Positions 25,924-39,787 of a stretch of 64,000 bases of DNA are shown here, in pieces. Origin of the DNA: Sphaerodactylus townsendi (Eukaryota); assembly GCF_021028975.2 (NCBI RefSeq), contig NC_059428.1, positions 143,034,001 to 143,098,000 on the forward strand, written 5' to 3'. Within the stretch, counting starts at the first letter, position 1. Each line of letters opens with the position of its first letter. Position numbers and translations under genes: made by a program. The notes below the pieces were generated by a model. It ran no database searches. It saw only the letters and a list, made by a program, of their open reading frames with translations, and had not been told where the DNA came from.

Positions 25924-26167
25924 CTGCAAAGAAACAAAGAAGTCAGATGAGCATTTAAAAAACACACACATTAGGAACATTTAAAATGGTACCGCGAGAC
26001 GATGCCCTCAGTTTGGGAGGAGATATTATCTGGATTCTGAAACACAGTTGACTGAGATGAATACTAGAACCCCATGAGAATACAGACATGGAACTCCCTT
26101 GTAGCAAAGTCTGCTCCACATTTACATATCGGGACAGGCCCTGTATATGCACTGCTTGGCATATCTA

Positions 26168-26315
26168 CGCCTCTTCCACACATGCAGAATGATGCACTTT
26201 AATCCACTTTCAATGCACTTTGCAGCTGGGTTTTACTATGTGGAATAGCAACATCCACTTTCAAACAACTGTAAAAGTGGATTGAACGTGCATTATTTTG
26301 CATGTGCGGAAGATG
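26168..26315. mobile_element. Harbinger-type MITE
   Basis: Same family, eroded ends. Confidence 0.78.
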
Positions 26316-27169
26316 TACAATCTTGTTAAAGCAGGTGTGGTAGCTTTGCCGGACAGAAAGAGCACCCTATCATTGCACCAAAGGCTCCAGATGCTGCATT
26401 AGGTTGATGGTAGATGTAATTGGCTAGGGAAGCATCGCCCAGCAGCTTGGAAGCAGGGCAGAGATTCAGCTACCAAGCCCCCCTATTCACTCATGCTCAC
26501 AACTGGTCTCTGCACCGGTTTCTTGACTTCACCAATCATTCACCTGACAGATATATACAATGAGGACACCAAACTATCAATGAGAAACAGCTGTGTGTTT
26601 TCAAATGGTGCCTCACTGCAAGATGGTCTGGGGAATTGCAAACTGACTGCAGGACCCAGTGGAGATAGTCGTGGCCCATTGTGAAGTTGTTCAGAAAGAC
26701 TCCCCAAAATGAACGGGACCTTGTAACAGGGATGCTGGTTCCCTTCCAATTTAACATGCACTGGAATGTCCTAGAGAGGATCAGGCATACTTCTTCCCCT
26801 ACCAAAGAACTCTCAGGTTCCCTTTTGGCACAGTCTGATGACACCGCAGAGACCCAGCCTGTGGGAAAACAATCAGCCAATTCTATTGAAACCCTTTTAA
26901 ATTCACCTCAACATTGCCTTTTGCTGACAATTCAATGAAATTGTCTCTTGACCAAAGTTTAGCCAGCCTCGTTTCTTTGGCGACATTTTGCAAAAAAAAA
27001 TTATATGGGTCTCTCTCTACCACTTTTCTCTTGAGGAATCAAAAGCAAGTTTTGGACATTTCCGGATCAAATCAATCAATGGAACTTAAATGATCAAACA
27101 GAAACGTGTTATGACTAATGTTGGGTGGCAATTTTTCCAGCGCTTCCAAATGGATCCCAAAGCTCTGAG

Positions 27170-27515
27170 CCAGAAAAGCATGGCTCCCAATCTTGATCTT
27201 CCTTGATTTGAGATGGCAAATGCCTTAGCAGACCAGGGGCTCAGGAGCAGCAGCAGCAGCAGCAGAAGGCCCTTGCTTTCACATCCTGCAGGTGAGCTCC
27301 CAAAGGCATCTGGTGGGCCACTGCGAGTAGCAGAGTGCTGGACTAGATGGACTCTGGTCTGATCCAGCAGGCTAGTTCTTAGGTTCTTAAGGCCATTGCT
27401 TTCACATCCTGCCTGTGAGCTCCCAAAGGCACCTGGTGGGCCACTGCGAATAGCAGTGTGCTGGACTAGATGGACTCTGGTCTGATCCAGCAGGCTCCTT
27501 CTTATGTTCTTATGT
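27170..27515 (+). mobile_element. CR1 3'UTR with tandem duplication of the last ~123 bp
   Basis: ttgctttcacatcctgc...ctgatccagcaggct occurs twice in tandem. Confidence 0.8.
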
Positions 27516-27569
27516 AAAAGCAGTAGAGATCCTTACTAAAGTTCTCACATGGATAAAGAAATCAACAAG

Positions 27570-27750
27570 TCAGGGTGGTGTCGTGGTTAAGAGTGCTGGG
27601 TGGAATTGAATCCCCACTCATGCCAGCCGTACTTTCTCAGCCTGGCATACCTCACAGGGTTATTATGAGGAGAAAATGAAGGTGAGAAGAATGAAGTCAA
27701 TTGCCTTGAGTCTCCATTGTGGAGAAAAAAGCAAGGTACAAATGAATGAA
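27570..27750 (+). mobile_element. Old MIR/Squam3-like SINE remnant
   Basis: ggtggtgtcgtggttaagag head and acctcacagggttattatgagg core; a similar remnant lies at ~15-165. Confidence 0.6.
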
Positions 27751-28321
27751 ACCAAAAAAATGCTGTCCTTGCTTCTGCCCATCACTTGGCAGGAGTTGGA
27801 GCACGCCTGTCTGTTTCCATCCCAACAAGCCACTGAACTACAACTGGGTAATTAGGTGGTTTTCCTCTGAATGAAACAGCTAAAACTGCCAAAAGCTTAA
27901 CAGTATTTACTACAAATAAACTGGAGAAACCCCCTTCCCCTTTCTGTTCTTGACACATTTTTTACAGCGCAACATTTTCTAAAACGTCACTCACAGGGTC
28001 AGGTTTGCCTTTTTCGTGTGTCATTAACAAAACTGTGCAAAGTTGTATGTACAACGGCCAATGCCAGAAACACAAGAAACATGCCAAAAGGAAAGGCCAA
28101 ACGAGGAGCAGAAACACCAGGAACCCAAAGAGCTGCCCGAAATGTTTCTAGTAGGCCTGCAAAGCTCTAGATTGGGGATTTCTGGAAGATAGGGGATCTC
28201 TAGAAGATGGAAAATCTCTAGAAGATGGGGATCTAAATGGGTTGTTTCCCACTTTCAGTTTCATCTTACTTGGTAACATATTGGCGGCCAATTCTGAAGA
28301 CACACATGACTCTTTGTCAAT

Positions 28322-28900
28322 TTTTCAATTCAATTCAATTCAATAACCTTTATTAGGCATAATTTAAAATAAAATAAATAATAAATAAAATATATATTAA
28401 AAGGGGAGGAAAGGAAACTAGGAATAAAAACCCGAGAGATCAAGATTATACTTCTGCAAAGTTTGTTCCAGGGCCAAAGCAAAGAAACTTTGCCTCGGTC
28501 CGTTTAGAACAACAATAGTTGAGGAGTATCTGAGTCTTAACCCTGTCAGAAAGAGGCAGGTTTAAAGGAAGGTTTATTGCTATGAAGCTCAATGGAGAAT
28601 TGTTTCACTACGTAAATCAGTATGATGGGGATAATACAATAGGAAGACATGTGTTTCTGTTGTTTCCACATACAGCCATATCAAGGAACATGGACAAGGA
28701 GTCCTTTGCCTTTTTAAGTGAGGGTGGAATCTGAGAAGAGTATCTTCCAAGTGTTATTTGCAGTGGGAGGGGATATTGAAAGCGGGCCTGAGATAAAAGC
28801 ATGTCTTTAAAATGATCAAAACAGGGGCCTTATAAGAGTTAGATGAAATAATCTGACAAAGTAGGAGAGCTTCTGAGGATGACTGGGATATCCCATAAAT
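28322..28900 (-). mobile_element. Degenerate LINE 3' end (RTE-X-like), (TTGAA)n tail
   Basis: Minus strand ends AATAAAGGTTATTGAATTGAATTGAATTG; upstream SQARF...LGRY peptide remnants. Confidence 0.45.
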
Positions 28901-30001
28901 CAGTGGTGAATAAGGACCAATGGAGTGGGCTAGTAGAGTTTGTTTTTCAACATCCAGAATTCTTTGTTTTAGTATGTAAAGTATTTAGGCCACATCATGG
29001 TTTCAAAATGTATCTAAAGTGAAGCCAAGGGTCTTGACATAATGTAATATTTTGGAGTCCTAACTAGAATAGTGGGAATTATTTAGACTGTGCCACATTA
29101 GGCTGTCTGGCTTCACTCTAAAATGGAGGCAATGACTCTTTGACATATGTACACCCTCAACAATCATCTAATTTGCGTGTCTCTCAAGCTCTTCAGGAGT
29201 CACACGTGCTTCGAGAACGTGTCCCCTTCCTTCACTAATGAAGAAAAGTGGGGCCTTAGGAGACTCCCCTGCCATTTGAATTGCGAATCAGGCAGATCTG
29301 AGTCCAGTGGCACCTTAGAATCCAACAATATTTGGGGAATGCAAACTTCCAAGAGTTCCCTTCATCAGATGGTATCTTTGACTCCCAAAAGCTTCTTGAA
29401 AATATTACTGGAAAAAATGGATGTCAAGCTAGCCGTTCCACAGCAGACCAGTGCAGATATTTTCTGAATCTATTTTCTTGGATTATTGATATCTTTGAGA
29501 TCCCCCTCTTTGTTTAATGTTATGCAGTTGCGTCCATATGGGTCCAATATTTTGTTAACACAACCCAGCTTCTCTGCCAGTTCGCCACTTATGGGTCTGC
29601 CCTATATCCCTTTCTGCTCCAGGTTCTTGAGATCCTTTAACAAGGACAGCCGGGCTCCCCATACCAGGAGGTGACTGCCTGATGTCCCCTACCTGCTACC
29701 AAAATATTGGCAGCACCATATTTGTATCTCCTTTGGATATCGAGTCCACAGACTCTTTCTGTTGGTCGGATGCACACACCTAGAACAACTGACCTATGCC
29801 AGACAAGGGAGATCTGGAGTAAATTCCATAAATCCACTTTTCCTGCCACAGAAACTCTCACTAGCCTTGTAAGTCCCTTGTCTACCAGTGGAAGTATTTT
29901 AGGGAAATCAGCGGGCTGCAGGGGAGGTAAGAATTTTCTGGTCACTGACAGAAGTACTTTACGGGAGCAGAAAATTTAGCCTGGAACCTATGCTATTGGC
30001 C

Positions 30002-30355
30002 CAGAGGTGTACTGCCCAGGGGGACATATGGGGTCAAATATTCCTGGACTGTGGCCATTTAGTCACATGAGAGGTGGAAAATTCCCCCCACACCCTTCCT
30101 CTCCCCTCCTGGTCCATACACTGACTTCAAGACCTGGTGCAAAAAAAGTTGTTTGGTTGTGGCGGGGNNNNNNNNNNNNNNNNNNNNNNNNNNNNNNNNN
30201 NNNNNNNNNNNNNNNNNNNNNNNNNNNNNNNNNNNNNNNNNNNNNNNNNNNNNNNNNNNNNNNNNNNNNNNNNNNNNNNNNNNNNNNNNNNNNNNNNNNN
30301 NNNNNNNNNNNNNNNNNNNTTGCACCAGGCTACATTTTTCCTAGATATGCCTCTG
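30002..30355. mobile_element. Non-autonomous hAT element spanning an assembly gap
   Basis: CAGAGGTGTA...TATGCCTCTG ends; TSD tattggcc/tatcggcc. Confidence 0.72.
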
Positions 30356-30563
30356 TATCGGCCTCTTTGAAATTGAAAGCAATCATACACAGAAGTAAAT
30401 TCTGGAAGAAGCTCCAATTGTCCCAGACTCCTAGTCAGAGATATGAACGACACACTGCCCCATTAGAGTTGAAAAGAGATTTCTTGCCCCATGATAAAGG
30501 CTGGGGAGATACACATAGACATGGTTGGACTTATGACATTGACAGAAGGTGAGACAGAGCCTA

Positions 30564-30705
30564 GGGCCCCTTTCGCACATGCAGAAGAATGCACTTTCAA
30601 TCCACTTTCAATGCACTTTGCAGCTGTGCAGAATAGCCAAATCCACTTGCAAACTATGGTGAAAGTGGATTGAAAGTGGATTATTCTGCATGTGCGGAAG
30701 GGGCC
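30564..30705. mobile_element. Harbinger-type MITE
   Basis: Same family; 80 nt from the donor of the 144-nt exon. Confidence 0.85.
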
Positions 30706-30709
30706 ATTA

Positions 30710-30928
<219 letters not shown>

Positions 30929-32142
30929 CTAAAAAAAGATATCGGGGGGGGGGGGGGAGGAATAAAGTCAATCAGGCTTTCCAACACGCCTCTTCGACCA
31001 GAGGACTCCTACCCACCCCGACCACTTCAATGCAATTCAGGTCAACAGTAAAACAAACAGTTGGACAATGAAAGAATAAATGATCGATTAAATCAAACCA
31101 ATTAAAATAGAAAGACAGTCTTGGTGGTAACCAGGAGCTCTGCCCTTTAGATGTGTAATCAAATAGCCAGCCCCCTCCCTCCCCTTCCCCTCCCTCCGCT
31201 AGGGTGGGTGGGCCATGTCCAGATGCCGAACCCCTCCCTCTCCTCCCTTGCATGCCACCTCTCACTCACTCACTCCCTCCCCCCCCTTCCATTGCATGGC
31301 ACCCCTCCCCCGCCCTTCCCTCAACAACAATAGATAATAACAGGTTTAGAATGGCAAAGAGAAAGGGGCCATCCCATGACTTTGAACTATAGCAAAAAAA
31401 GACTGTATTTTGAATATGGTTGAGGGGATTGATCTGTAGTGGTATTCTGCAGGTAAGTATAAGGGATATTTGGATTAATAGTCCTATGTAGGGAAATAAT
31501 ACTTCCCCAGCACCATGGCCAAGATGCGATGATCAGATGTCAAGAAGCAGGTATCACAAATAGCTTACTAGCACCAAATCATGTCTATGTCTTGTCTGGA
31601 GTAGGAGAACACCTTGCTCTGCCTCCAGAGACAAATCCATCTATGACTCCCATTTACAATTGTTACCCAGATAGCAGGTTTACAGTGAAATCTTCAGTAG
31701 ACACACACCTTTCTGAGTTCATGGAAGTCAGTGGTCTTAGAAAGGGGTAACTCTGCTTAGGAGGATGGTGCTAGAGACTTGCTGCGCAGAACACACAAAA
31801 GAAATTAATTGTAGCTGAAGATTAATATGAATTGTCTTTTGTAAAGCGGAATGTTAACAATGCTCTAGGCCGTTTCTTTCTTTTTTAGAAAAAATTCCAC
31901 CCAAACATGGAATACCTAATTAATCATACTGTAGAAAATGTGTATGTATATGTATGTGTGTATATATACATGTGCGTGTGTGTGCATGTGTGCGCACACA
32001 CACACATTTATGGGCAAAAAGCCTTCTGAATGCACATCAACTTAATTTACTGGCACAAATAACAACGGTTGAAAGAAGACAGATGCAGAAGAAACAGTTT
32101 AAAATGAAGGAGGAGAAAATACTCCTTTTTTCTTTCACTTTT

Positions 32143-32365
32143 AAGAGTTGGACTTATATCCCTCCCCTTTCTCTCCTGTAAGGAGACTCAAAGGGGCTTA
32201 CATACTCATTTCCCTTTCCCCTCACAACAAACACCCTGTGAGGTAGGTGGGGCTGAGAGAGTCTTGAACAAACTGTGACTAGTCCAAGGTCATTCATGTG
32301 GAAGAGCGGGGAATCAAATCCGGTTCCCCAGACTGGAGTCCACCTGATCTTAACCGCTGCACCAG
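32143..32365 (-). mobile_element. Squam3-type SINE, internally deleted
   Basis: Same head and tail as other copies. Confidence 0.82.
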
Positions 32366-34599
32366 GATTCAGCACCAACCACTGCATGGATAGCTCCCAG
32401 TTCTTCCAGGGTCTGGCTAGAATAAGGGTCAGAACAGTCTTATGGCATCTGCTAACCGCAGTCTTATGGCATCTGCTAACCACAATTGTCTAGTGAAACA
32501 TTCCTTATGTCATGACAACATATTCCCACTTTGACCCATATCACAGAAGGTGCAGCGAAAGAAAAGAATAGAAAGGGCAACATCTGATCAATCTTGCTTG
32601 CAACTTTGGTCCTGCATCTTTGTTCCCTGCTCTCAAAGCAGTCCTTTCTAGTGGTGATAGACACAAATTTCTGCTGACTTCATGGTCCTAATGCTGCCTC
32701 TCTACAGAGCCTATGGTTCCTTATAGTCACAGGCCATGGGCATCTGCCCTAGCATAGCAATGCATCTGAAGTTCAGAATTATGAGGCCATGCTGACAAAT
32801 TCCAACAGCATGCAATGCTCACCTACCCTGGGAAACTAGTGCTGTGGCCCAGGTAGGCCTTCTGCACAAAGAATATTTAGGAAACTGTGAAGTTGAAGAT
32901 AGCTACTTTGATAGCTACTTCCCTCTTCTTCTACACCCACCACAGGATGGAGGCCCTTTGCTCTGTTCCAGGTGTCCCTAACCTTTTTGAGTGGGCACAA
33001 CTGGAATTCTGGCCCAGTGTGGTCGGCACAGCCACAAAATGGCCGCCACAGAAGGAAGCGCCAGTTGTACAACAGATACCGCAGCTGACCTTCAGTCACA
33101 TATCCTTGAGTTGTGGTGGCAGTTGTTGCTGAAGCCACAGTTTTCCAAATCTGCACAGCCAATGGAATCTCCACATCTAATCAGAAGCTTTGATGGCCAA
33201 AAGCACCCATGGGCTCCACTTGTTTACTAAAATGTGGTGGTACAGCATGGACTTCTGGGAAGAAATGCTACTTCCCTGTGGATAGGAGTACCCTGGCACC
33301 CACCTCCAGGAAGCCATCACAGATGGTTCTTTGGAGCATCACTGGGAACCAGTTTTCATAGTTCCTGATTCCAACATGGGTAAGCTATCAGTACAGATTA
33401 AGCCTTTCCCGGTCCTTTGGCTCTCCAGATTTTTTAGTATTAGGCATGCTCAGAGTTCATTATAATAACTGAACCAAAACCTCACCATCAGCAAAAGAAG
33501 ACACAGCCTTTGGATCAGGAGAAATACAACTTACACAAGGTACAATTTGACAGGCAGGACTTGCTGGATCTTCTGGATATTCTCAGGCCCATGCTGGGTG
33601 TTCGGTCACCCAGACTTAAGATGGGACAAAGATCTCCTCCACAACATTTAAAAGATTAGGCTCCGAGACAACTTGCTCGGCGAAAAAAAAAAGCTTCAAG
33701 CCTCGCTCTATAAATCTATTCTATATATGTCAGCTATAATGTCCGGCGACTTTCTAGCCCAGAGATTTGAGTCGCCATTTGTCATTGCTGTGGAAAAGGT
33801 CATTTCCACCCATTTACTGCCTGACTTTTTGGTGGCTCTGCTGAGATTGTATTTTTAATTTTAAGAAGCTTGATAAACAATTATATATTTTACTCGGGCT
33901 ATCGACAACTGTGGGATGCTGGTGTGGGGAGAGTGTGTCTCCCAAATCGTTTGCCACAGCGGCAACCGTTAACTCAGAAACCAAGAAGTCACCCAAGAAT
34001 AAAGCGATTGTTAGAGCCAAATTCCAACAAATATGCTTAAGCATTCTGAAGATACCAGCTCCCGTTTCGCAAACATCCCCCACCCTTTCCCAATTGTTGA
34101 ACCTAAGCTGCTGCTTTGAAGACTGTTGAGTGCATTTCACAACTACTTTAATCTGGGGCTCTGGGGCTCATTTTTCCATAATCATTTCTAACTCAATCAA
34201 TAAGGCGCAGCTACACAAGTTTAATCTTGGCGCAATTTGATTTAAGTATTGACAAATGGGCAGAGAAACACTACGCAGGGCATGCATGCATCTTCACAAA
34301 GGAATGTGTCTTCGTATGTCAAATTTAATTTATCATTCCTTAGCCAATTTGCATGCCTTCCCGTGGCACAAACTCTGGCTTTTCAGGCAGGGGACGCCCC
34401 TCCCTATACGTTCAATATTTTGCTTTTATGCTCCCACCTGCCTGCTTTTTTGAGATGAGGAGCATAATCCTGCTTGAGAAGAAAGCAAGGTATGGAGAAA
34501 AGCCATCCCAAGGGCCCGGGCAAATCTCCTCTCTCCCCAGTCAGCTGTCTCTGTACCCCATGGAGGGATGACTTTGGGTTTCTCACGTCTGCTCTTTAG

Positions 34600-34943
34600 A
34601 TGGCGAGGAGAAGGTGAAGAGGTGACATGATAGCCATGTTTAGATATCTGAAGGGATGCCATGTCAAATAGGGAGCAAGCTTGTTTTCTGCTGCTCCAGA
34701 GACTAGGACTGGGAGTCATTGGTTCAAGGTGAAGGAAAAGACATTCCACATAAACATCAGGAAAAATGTCCTGACCACCAGGGCTGTTTGACAGTGGACT
34801 GCACTATCTCGGAGGATGGTGAAGTCTCCTTCTTTGGAGTTTTTTAAAGAGAGGCTGGGTGGTCATCTGTCAGGAGTGTGTTCCTGAAATGCAGGGGGTT
34901 GGACTTGATGGCCTTTGGGGTCTCTTCCAACTCTATGATTCTA
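34600..34943 (+). mobile_element. CR1 3' end (second subfamily, ATTCT terminus)
   Basis: RGDMIAMFRYLKGCH motif; ttccaactctatgattct end. Confidence 0.82.
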
Positions 34944-36675
34944 ATCCAAAAACCTTTCTTGTGATTTCAGCCCCTCCTTCTGCAAACCTCGAGTTCACGA
35001 CTCTTTATTTTCACAATTCCATATTTTATGTACATCAGTTTTTGCTTCCTCAAATGATTTTTTTGCCCCCAAACACATGTTTCTTGGATGCATGTAGCGC
35101 GGCATATTAATATGTAACATATCCCTTGTCCACCTGAGGAGTGAATACTGAGCATTTAGAAACCATGCAAGAAGCGTACCCCATGCACTCAAGGTGACAA
35201 ACCCAATGGATAGACACAGAGCACTGGAATTGCCCAAATATATGAAAAACAATGACATAAATATGAAACAGGGAACAAGGACTCATTCCTAACTCGCAGT
35301 GCTATGAATTCTCATGCAACCAACAGTAACATGGATAGAAAGAGTATCAAGTAAGACTTGGAAATTAGGACAGACACCAGGAATTAATTCATTCAAAATG
35401 GAATTAAAAATCCACCTGTCTAAACCTCCCTTTCTCTTTCTGGTAAACTGGCAAACCACGGTTTGCTACTGCAAAACTGTAGGCACGCTCCAACGTTACA
35501 TTTTCACTTCTGTTTCTCTCCCCAGCAATGTTGCATTACATGCAAACCTTTCCTTGATTCTTCCGCATCATTTTGGGGTGTCAATATGTAGTCCCAAGAC
35601 CAAAACGTCAACAGCAATTTGACAGAATTCACCAACGGTCCAGTCCATTCGTCACAACCTTTGTGTGCATGCTTGTCCAAGAAAGTGCATTGGTGTTATT
35701 CCGTTTTTTAAAGGAAAAAAAAATCAAAACCATTTTATTTTATTTTCCTGATGAACTAGTCAGGTTATTTCTTGGGGGTAGNNNNNNNNNNNNNNNNNNN
35801 NNNNNNNNNNNNNNNNNNNNNNNNNNNNNNNNNNNNNNNNNNNNNNNNNNNNNNNNNNNNNNNNNNNNNNNNNNNNNNNNNNNNNNNNNNNNNNNNNNNN
35901 NNNNNNNNNNNNNNNNNNNNNNNNNNNNNNNNNNNNNNNNNNNNNNNNNNNNNNNNNNNNNTGGTTGAGCACCCACTGTACGGTTCTTTTGACCAAATTG
36001 ATTTGTGTAATGAACACTTGCTCTATCTCTTGAATAGGCCTCTTGATTTAAGCAGTAATGCTGGAAAGCCAAGTGAATTTACAGCCCCTACGGATCTTCT
36101 CTTTCAATCCAGCGAGAATAGCCGGGGTGGCCAACGTAACCCAATACACTGTGCTATAAGCGCAAGCGGGGGAGGGGGGGATAGAATAACGGCCAGCTTT
36201 TGCAATATACCTATTTGATTTGATTTGTAAGCCTGATAAAAAAGCAATTGAGAAAGGTTCAGGACAAATTATATATACATATGTATAGACGCAAACACGC
36301 ACACACAGTCGGGCAAGCAAGGAAAAAATAATAATGATATTGAAGCGTACAGAGACCTGCAAAATAATGCATTCTAAATCAACATTTTTTTTTAAAGGTA
36401 GCACTTTCTCAATTTAGAATGATGCTGGGTTAGTGGAAGAAAAAAAATTCCCATGAAATCAAAAGCCGAGCGAATGATTTCCATCCAAGGCTACTACTTT
36501 GGAGAATGGTTTTGTCTCCCTATGCCAAAAATGGCTGCTGGTCTACTTAAAGGTGGACACAGGTCCTGATTCATGGTGCCTGGGCTCCTTACAAGGGGGC
36601 ATGGTGGCATTTTACCCGGCTGGTGTTGAAGCCACTGTGGAAACTTTTCCACCCAAAGAGATAACTAGCACCCTC

Positions 36676-36974
36676 CCAGCGTGGTGTAGTGGTTAAGAGC
36701 AGGTGTACTCTAATCTGGAGGAGCCGGGTTTGATTCCCCTGCTCTGCCACTTGAGCTGTGGAGGCTTATCTGGTGAAACAGATTAGCTTGTGCACTCCAA
36801 CACATTCCAGCTGGGTGACCTTGGGTTAGTCACAGTTCTTTGGAGCTCTCTCAGCTCCACCCACCTCACAGGGTGTTTGTTGTGGGGGGTGGGGGAGGGA
36901 AAGGAGATTGTCAACCCCTTTGAGTCTCCTTACAGGAGAGAAAGGGGATATATAAATCCAACTATTCTTCTTCT
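36676..36974 (+). mobile_element. Squam3-type SINE (subfamily A), antisense to RBFOX1
   Basis: A box TGGTGTAGTGG, B box GGTTTGATTCCC, (CTT)n tail on +. Confidence 0.88.
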
Positions 36975-37826
36975 CCCATGTCACAAATGTCAGTAGACAT
37001 GACCTGATCATTATCTGAACTTTTAAAAAATCCTCATTGTCTAGGCAGGCAAGATGAATGGCGTTCTAGCCAACCTCTCCAATGAAGACTCATTCATTTA
37101 ATTACATTATTATTGCTTGCACTGCTGCCTGCTAAAAAAAGAACATAAATTGTGATACAGGATACTCTTTGGCAAACTTATGTGCTCCTTTTTGGCCCTC
37201 GCTCATCTGGAACGTTCTCCAGGTTTGGAAGTGGCTCTGTTACTTCTTGGCACGCAGAAGACTGGGTTGTAAAAGCCACCTCAGAAGGAGGGAGGCCATT
37301 CTCTAAGATGGTGGCGAAAGGGGTCTGGCAAAGGCAAGGACGTTCCCTTGTTGAAGGACAAAAGCCCAGGTAAGGCCCCAATTCCCAAAGGGGGAAAAAT
37401 ATCCACTCATTTGGCTGATGGTGCTCTGGGCCTGTTGGGTTCTTTGGCATCCTTCTGATAATAAAGTAGACCATATAGTAATGTTAAATCTTGTTTAAAT
37501 GAAACTGCCTTACACTGAATTCTGCTTTCTTAGATTCTGCTAAAGACCACCCTGACTACTGCCGGGGGCTAGTTGACAGGAGCACATCTTGCCTGTTTTG
37601 AAACCACTTCACTAGTGGACAGTTTGTTTCCAAGTTTAAATGAAGGAGTTAGCATTGACCTGGCCTGGAGCATGCATATCTGATGACCCATCTCCTCCCA
37701 TACGTCCCTGTGTGCCCCTACTGGCAATGCCCCCCACTGACATTGATCACAGCTCAGATTTTCTCCACCAACACTCTTCTTGTCTGTGGAATGAGCTCCC
37801 TGAAGTGGTGAGGGGTGCCTACACAT

Positions 37827-38144
37827 GAAGAAGAAGAGGAAGGAGGAGGAGGAGGAGGAGGAGGAGGAGGAGTTGGATTTATATCCCCCCTTTTTCTTCC
37901 GTAAGGAGACTCAAAGGGGCTGACAAACTCCTTGCCCTCCCCCCCTCACAACAAACACCCTCTGAGGTAGGTGGGGCTGAGAGAACTCTGAGAAGCTGCG
38001 ACTAGCCCAGGGTCACCCAGCTGGTGTGTGTTGGAGTGCACAGGCTAATCTGAATTCCCCAGATAAGCTTCCACAGCTCAGGTGGCAGAGCGGTTCCTCC
38101 AGATTAGAGTACACCTGCTCTTAACCACTACGCCACTGCTGCTC
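37827..38144 (-). mobile_element. Squam3-type SINE (subfamily A) with expanded (CCT)n/(CTT)n tail
   Basis: Full-length; (GAG)n run at ~37836-37872 is the tail. Confidence 0.88.
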
Positions 38145-38404
38145 CTAGAGATTTTTAAGATCAACCTAGAGGGGTTTATCCTCGACCTCATGGTGCTAAA
38201 ACGCCTTGATCCTTCAAAAGATGTTGAGAAGATCAACCGCTTGGAACTCACCAAGGTATGATGACCCTATTCCTATAGCAGATGCTAGACTTTGATCGTA
38301 GGATTGTTGAAAATGGGTCCAAATTAAGCCCCACAGCTTGAGGACTGTTTTGTGTTCCCTCTGAAGCGCGACACCATCTGGACCCAATCAAGCTGTAGCT
38401 AGAG

Positions 38405-38498
38405 CAGGGGTAGGGAACCTGTGGCTCTCCAGATGTTCAGGAACTACAATTCCCATCAGCCCCTACCAGCATGGCCAATTGGTTTTTCCCCAGCCCTG
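38405..38498. mobile_element. Related hAT MITE, one arm mostly deleted
   Basis: caggggtagggaacctgtggctctccagatgtt...cagccctg. Confidence 0.7.
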
Positions 38499-38886
38499 CT
38501 TTAGATGAATCTGCTCATACTCTTGAATATCTCTAGAGAGTATTGACAACAGAGGTTTGAAATGAGGGTTAGCAAAAGAGACCCTCTGCAAGATATACCA
38601 AAACAATGACAGAGGAAGACAACGACAACGTTTTACGGGCTCCACATGATGCACTGAAAAGTCCAGCTGCAGACTAGGATAAGTATGTGAACTGTGAAAA
38701 CGGGAAAATTACACATATGCAGTTTGGCTCCGAGAAATTATCTTAACTCCTCTTTAGCCAATTTATCTCACCAATTCAACAATCTGTCTCTTTTTTTTTT
38801 CTGTTTTAGAGAGCCACAGAAACTTCTAACCGGTTGGATTTTGCACCAAGAAAAATTCAAGCAGAGGAGGAAGGAAGGTTGGAAGG

Positions 38887-39787
38887 NNNNNNNNNNNNNN
38901 NNNNNNNNNNNNNNNNNNNNNNNNNNNNNNNNNNNNNNNNNNNNNNNNNNNNNNNNNNNNNNNNNNNNNNNNNNNNNNNNNNNNNNNNNNNNNNNNNNNN
39001 NNNNNNNNNNNNNNNNNNNNNNNNNNNNNNNNNNNNNNNNNNNNNNNNNNNNNNNNNNNNNNNNNNNNNNNNNNNNNNNNNNNNNNNNNNNNNNNNNNNN
39101 NNNNNNNNNNNNNNNNNNNNNNNNNNNNNNNNNNNNNNNNNNNNNNNNNNNNNNNNNNNNNNNNNNNNNNNNNNNNNNNNNNNNNNNNNNNNNNNNNNNN
39201 NNNNNNNNNNNNNNNNNNNNNNNNNNNNNNNNNNNNNNNNNNNNNNNNNNNNNNNNNNNNNNNNNNNNNNNNNNNNNNNNNNNNNNNNNNNNNNNNNNNN
39301 NNNNNNNNNNNNNNNNNNNNNNNNNNNNNNNNNNNNNNNNNNNNNNNNNNNNNNNNNNNNNNNNNNNNNNNNNNNNNNNNNNNNNNNNNNNNNNNNNNNN
39401 NNNNNNNNNNNNNNNNNNNNNNNNNNNNNNNNNNNNNNNNNNNNNNNNNNNNNNNNNNNNNNNNNNNNNNNNNNNNNNNNNNNNNNNNNNNNNNNNNNNN
39501 NNNNNNNNNNNNNNNNNNNNNNNNNNNNNNNNNNNNNNNNNNNNNNNNNNNNNNNNNNNNNNNNNNNNNNNNNNNNNNNNNNNNNNNNNNNNNNNNNNNN
39601 NNNNNNNNNNNNNNNNNNNNNNNNNNNNNNNNNNNNNNNNNNNNNNNNNNNNNNNNNNNNNNNNNNNNNNNNNNNNNNNNNNNNNNNNNNNNNNNNNNNN
39701 NNNNNNNNNNNNNNNNNNNNNNNNNNNNNNNNNNNNNNNNNNNNNNNNNNNNNNNNNNNNNNNNNNNNNNNNNNNNNNNNNNNNNNN
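38887..39787. other. Largest assembly gap (others: 7257-7441, 8864-8995, 10997-11183, 30168-30319, 35782-35961, 50044-50348)
   Basis: Runs of N. Confidence 0.99.

Noticed and set aside
32435-32482. 24-bp direct duplication (and the 18-19-bp repeats at ~28170-28235)
   Set aside because: Ordinary local slippage duplications with no further structure.
36676-36745. tRNA gene
   Set aside because: The A/B boxes belong to a SINE head that continues into the SINE body; no complete cloverleaf.
38148-38261. Plus-strand exon-like stretch EIFKINLEGFILDLMVLKRLDPSKDVEKINRLELTK followed by GTATGA
   Set aside because: No recognisable homology, the acceptor lies at a SINE edge, and no partner exons are visible.
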